Source: Oligoflexia bacterium (GTDB lineage: Bacteria; Bdellovibrionota; UBA1018). Taken from it: DNA of 25,392 bases. The notes beneath the pieces are model-generated. The model did not search any database. It had not been told where the DNA came from and saw nothing but the letters and a program-made list of their open reading frames with translations. Shown here one piece after another: positions 23,659 to 25,392 of the stretch. A program made the translations under genes and the position numbers. The first letter of the stretch is position 1; each line of letters starts with the position of its first letter. The stretch spans positions 1 through 25,392 of the forward strand of contig DAISZI010000001.1 in NCBI GenBank assembly GCA_036824885.1, written 5' to 3'.

Positions 23659-25392
23659 ATGAGTATTTCAGAAATTTCTATTCGTAGGCCCGTGTTTGCT
23701 TGGATGCTCATGTTTGGTCTTATTTTATTTGGTGCTCTTTCTTTTCAGCGCATGGGCATTAGTGAAATGCCTAATATTGATTTTCCTGTAGTAAGTATTG
23801 GTTTAACGCTTGACAATGCTGCTCCGGAAGTCATGGAAACCCAAGTTGTAGATGTGATCGAAAATGCGGTCATGGGCATTGAAGGTCTGCAGCAAGTTAC
23901 ATCGCAAGTCAGTCAAGGTGTCGCCAATGTGACGTGTCAATTTGAAATGAGTCATAATGTCAACGTCGCGCTTCAAGAAGTGCAAGATCGTATTCAGCAA
24001 AATTCTAATTTATTACCTAGCTTGCTTTACCCTCCGGTGATTACAAAAACCAATCCAGAAGACAAACCTATTTTATGGATTTTGTTAACTGCAGAGGACC
24101 AGCGATCGATTCATGATCAAATGATTTATGCAAAAAACAATTTGAAAAATCAATTTTCGATGATTGAAGGGGTAGGTAATATTGTTTTTGCTGGATATGT
24201 TGAGCCTAATTTAAGGGTTTGGATTGATCGAAAAAAGTTGTATCAGTATTCTTTGACATCTTCGGATGTCTTAGCAGCGATTCAAGCGGAGCATAGTGAG
24301 AATCCTGCAGGTCGCATTGAGTCTTCTTCTAATGAAGCGAATATTCGTGTTCTGGGAGAAGCTCGAAGTGTTGAAGATTTTGGGACGATTCGTATTCAGA
24401 ATCGAGCAGGTTCTCCTAATTTTATTCCTGTGGCTTTGAGTCAAGTCGCTCGTATTGAAGAGGGTGTTGCAGATATTCGACAGATTTCTCGATTAAATGG
24501 AAAAAAAGCTGTGGGACTTGGTATTATTAAGCAACATGGAGCTAATGCCGTTGAGCTTGCTCGGCATGTGCGAGCCAAGTTAGATCAAATGCAGGGGCAT
24601 TTGCTTCCAGGGTACCACCTTGCCGTGAAACTGGATCGAACACGTTTTGTAGAAGATTCCATTAATGAGTTAATGCTATCTTTAGTTTTCGCTGGTTTGT
24701 TAACTTCAATCGTATGTTATCTTTTTTTGGGCTCTTGGTCTTCTACGCTCAATGTCTTTTTTGCGATTCCTACATCAATTGTAGGTACTTTAAGTGTTCT
24801 TCATTTTTTTGGATTTACTTTGAATACTTTTACTCTTTTGGGTTTAAGTCTCGCCATTGGTATTGTGGTGGATGATGCTATTATGATGCTTGAAAATATT
24901 GTCAGGCATTACGATCTTGGAAAAACCCGAAAAAATGCTGCTTTAGATGGATCCAATGAAATTACTTTTGCAGCGATTGCAACGACCGTTGCTATTGGGG
25001 CTATTTTTATTCCTGTAATTTTTTTAAAAGGAGTGATCGGTCGTTTTTTTTACCAGTATGGTATTACTGTGACAGCAGCAGTTTTTCTTTCGTTATTAGA
25101 GGCATTAACGTTAACTCCTATGCGTTGTTCTCGTTTTTTGCATTCAGGAAAAGAGGGTTTTGGCTGGGTTTTTCGAAAGATGGACCGCCTGATGGATCGA
25201 CTTTCCTTAAGCTATCAAAATACTTTGCGTTATTGCTTGAATCATCGTTTCTTAGTGGTTTTTTTTTCGATGGTTCTTTTTGTCGGCTCTATGGGATTTT
25301 TGAGTCTTCTTAAAAAAGAATTGATTCCTTCTCAGGATCAGTCTCTTTTTTTGTTGTCTCTTCGAACACCTATTGGCACTTCGTTAGAAGTG
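23659..25392 (+). CDS. AcrB/AcrD/AcrF family RND efflux permease, truncated by the window end
   Basis: Not in the ORF track because it has no stop. Starts MSISEISIRRPVFAWMLMFGLILFGALSFQRMGISEMPNIDFPVV and contains the proton-relay motif GIVVDDAIMMLENI. Begins 8 nt after the TolC stop. Confidence 0.93.
   Translation, partial: MSISEISIRRPVFAWMLMFGLILFGALSFQRMGISEMPNIDFPVVSIGLTLDNAAPEVMETQVVDVIENAVMGIEGLQQVTSQVSQGVANVTCQFEMSHNVNVALQEVQDRIQQNSNLLPSLLYPPVITKTNPEDKPILWILLTAEDQRSIHDQMIYAKNNLKNQFSMIEGVGNIVFAGYVEPNLRVWIDRKKLYQYSLTSSDVLAAIQAEHSENPAGRIESSSNEANIRVLGEARSVEDFGTIRIQNRAGSPNFIPVALSQVARIEEGVADIRQISRLNGKKAVGLGIIKQHGANAVELARHVRAKLDQMQGHLLPGYHLAVKLDRTRFVEDSINELMLSLVFAGLLTSIVCYLFLGSWSSTLNVFFAIPTSIVGTLSVLHFFGFTLNTFTLLGLSLAIGIVVDDAIMMLENIVRHYDLGKTRKNAALDGSNEITFAAIATTVAIGAIFIPVIFLKGVIGRFFYQYGITVTAAVFLSLLEALTLTPMRCSRFLHSGKEGFGWVFRKMDRLMDRLSLSYQNTLRYCLNHRFLVVFFSMVLFVGSMGFLSLLKKELIPSQDQSLFLLSLRTPIGTSLEV

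Noticed and set aside
19531..25313. Short ORFs 19531-19725, 19782-19973, 20241-20429, 22941-23129, 22982-23182, 23803-24000 and 25125-25313
   Set aside because: Shadow ORFs over the 363-aa gene, the surA-like gene, tolC or the RND gene.
1..25392. rRNA, tRNA, CRISPR array, integrase or prophage genes
   Set aside because: None seen by eye: no cloverleaf-like T-loop with acceptor stem, no regularly spaced repeats, no recombinase motifs.

Overview
AT-rich bacterial window. The parvulin + SurA-like gene pair and the TolC-RND style suggest a Bdellovibrionota/Oligoflexia- or deltaproteobacteria-like lineage, possibly host-associated (inference only). It has four blocks. (1) 1-4243, minus strand: a tightly overlapping lipid-modification operon. 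It encodes a small hypothetical, a DUF1295::CFA-synthase-like methyltransferase fusion, an FAD-dependent oxidoreductase, DUF1365 and a truncated probable CFA-synthase-family gene; the gene families match the furan/methylated fatty acid (ufa-like) cluster. (2) 5235-15452, minus strand: one intact 3405-aa gene with an N-terminal lipoprotein signal and a C-terminal DUF3638/DUF3645-type SF2 helicase-like NTPase module with intact motifs. About 1 kb and 3 kb of apparently decayed or non-coding DNA flank it. This is the most unusual element. (3) 18474-21392: a secreted protein with an internal repeat, convergent with two PPIase/SurA-type chaperone genes. (4) 21540-end, plus strand: a DUF481-like beta-barrel, a TolC-family protein and a truncated AcrB-family RND transporter, with no adaptor gene between TolC and RND. 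I saw no rRNA, tRNA, CRISPR array or intact mobile element. All family assignments come from motif recognition by eye, not from database searches.
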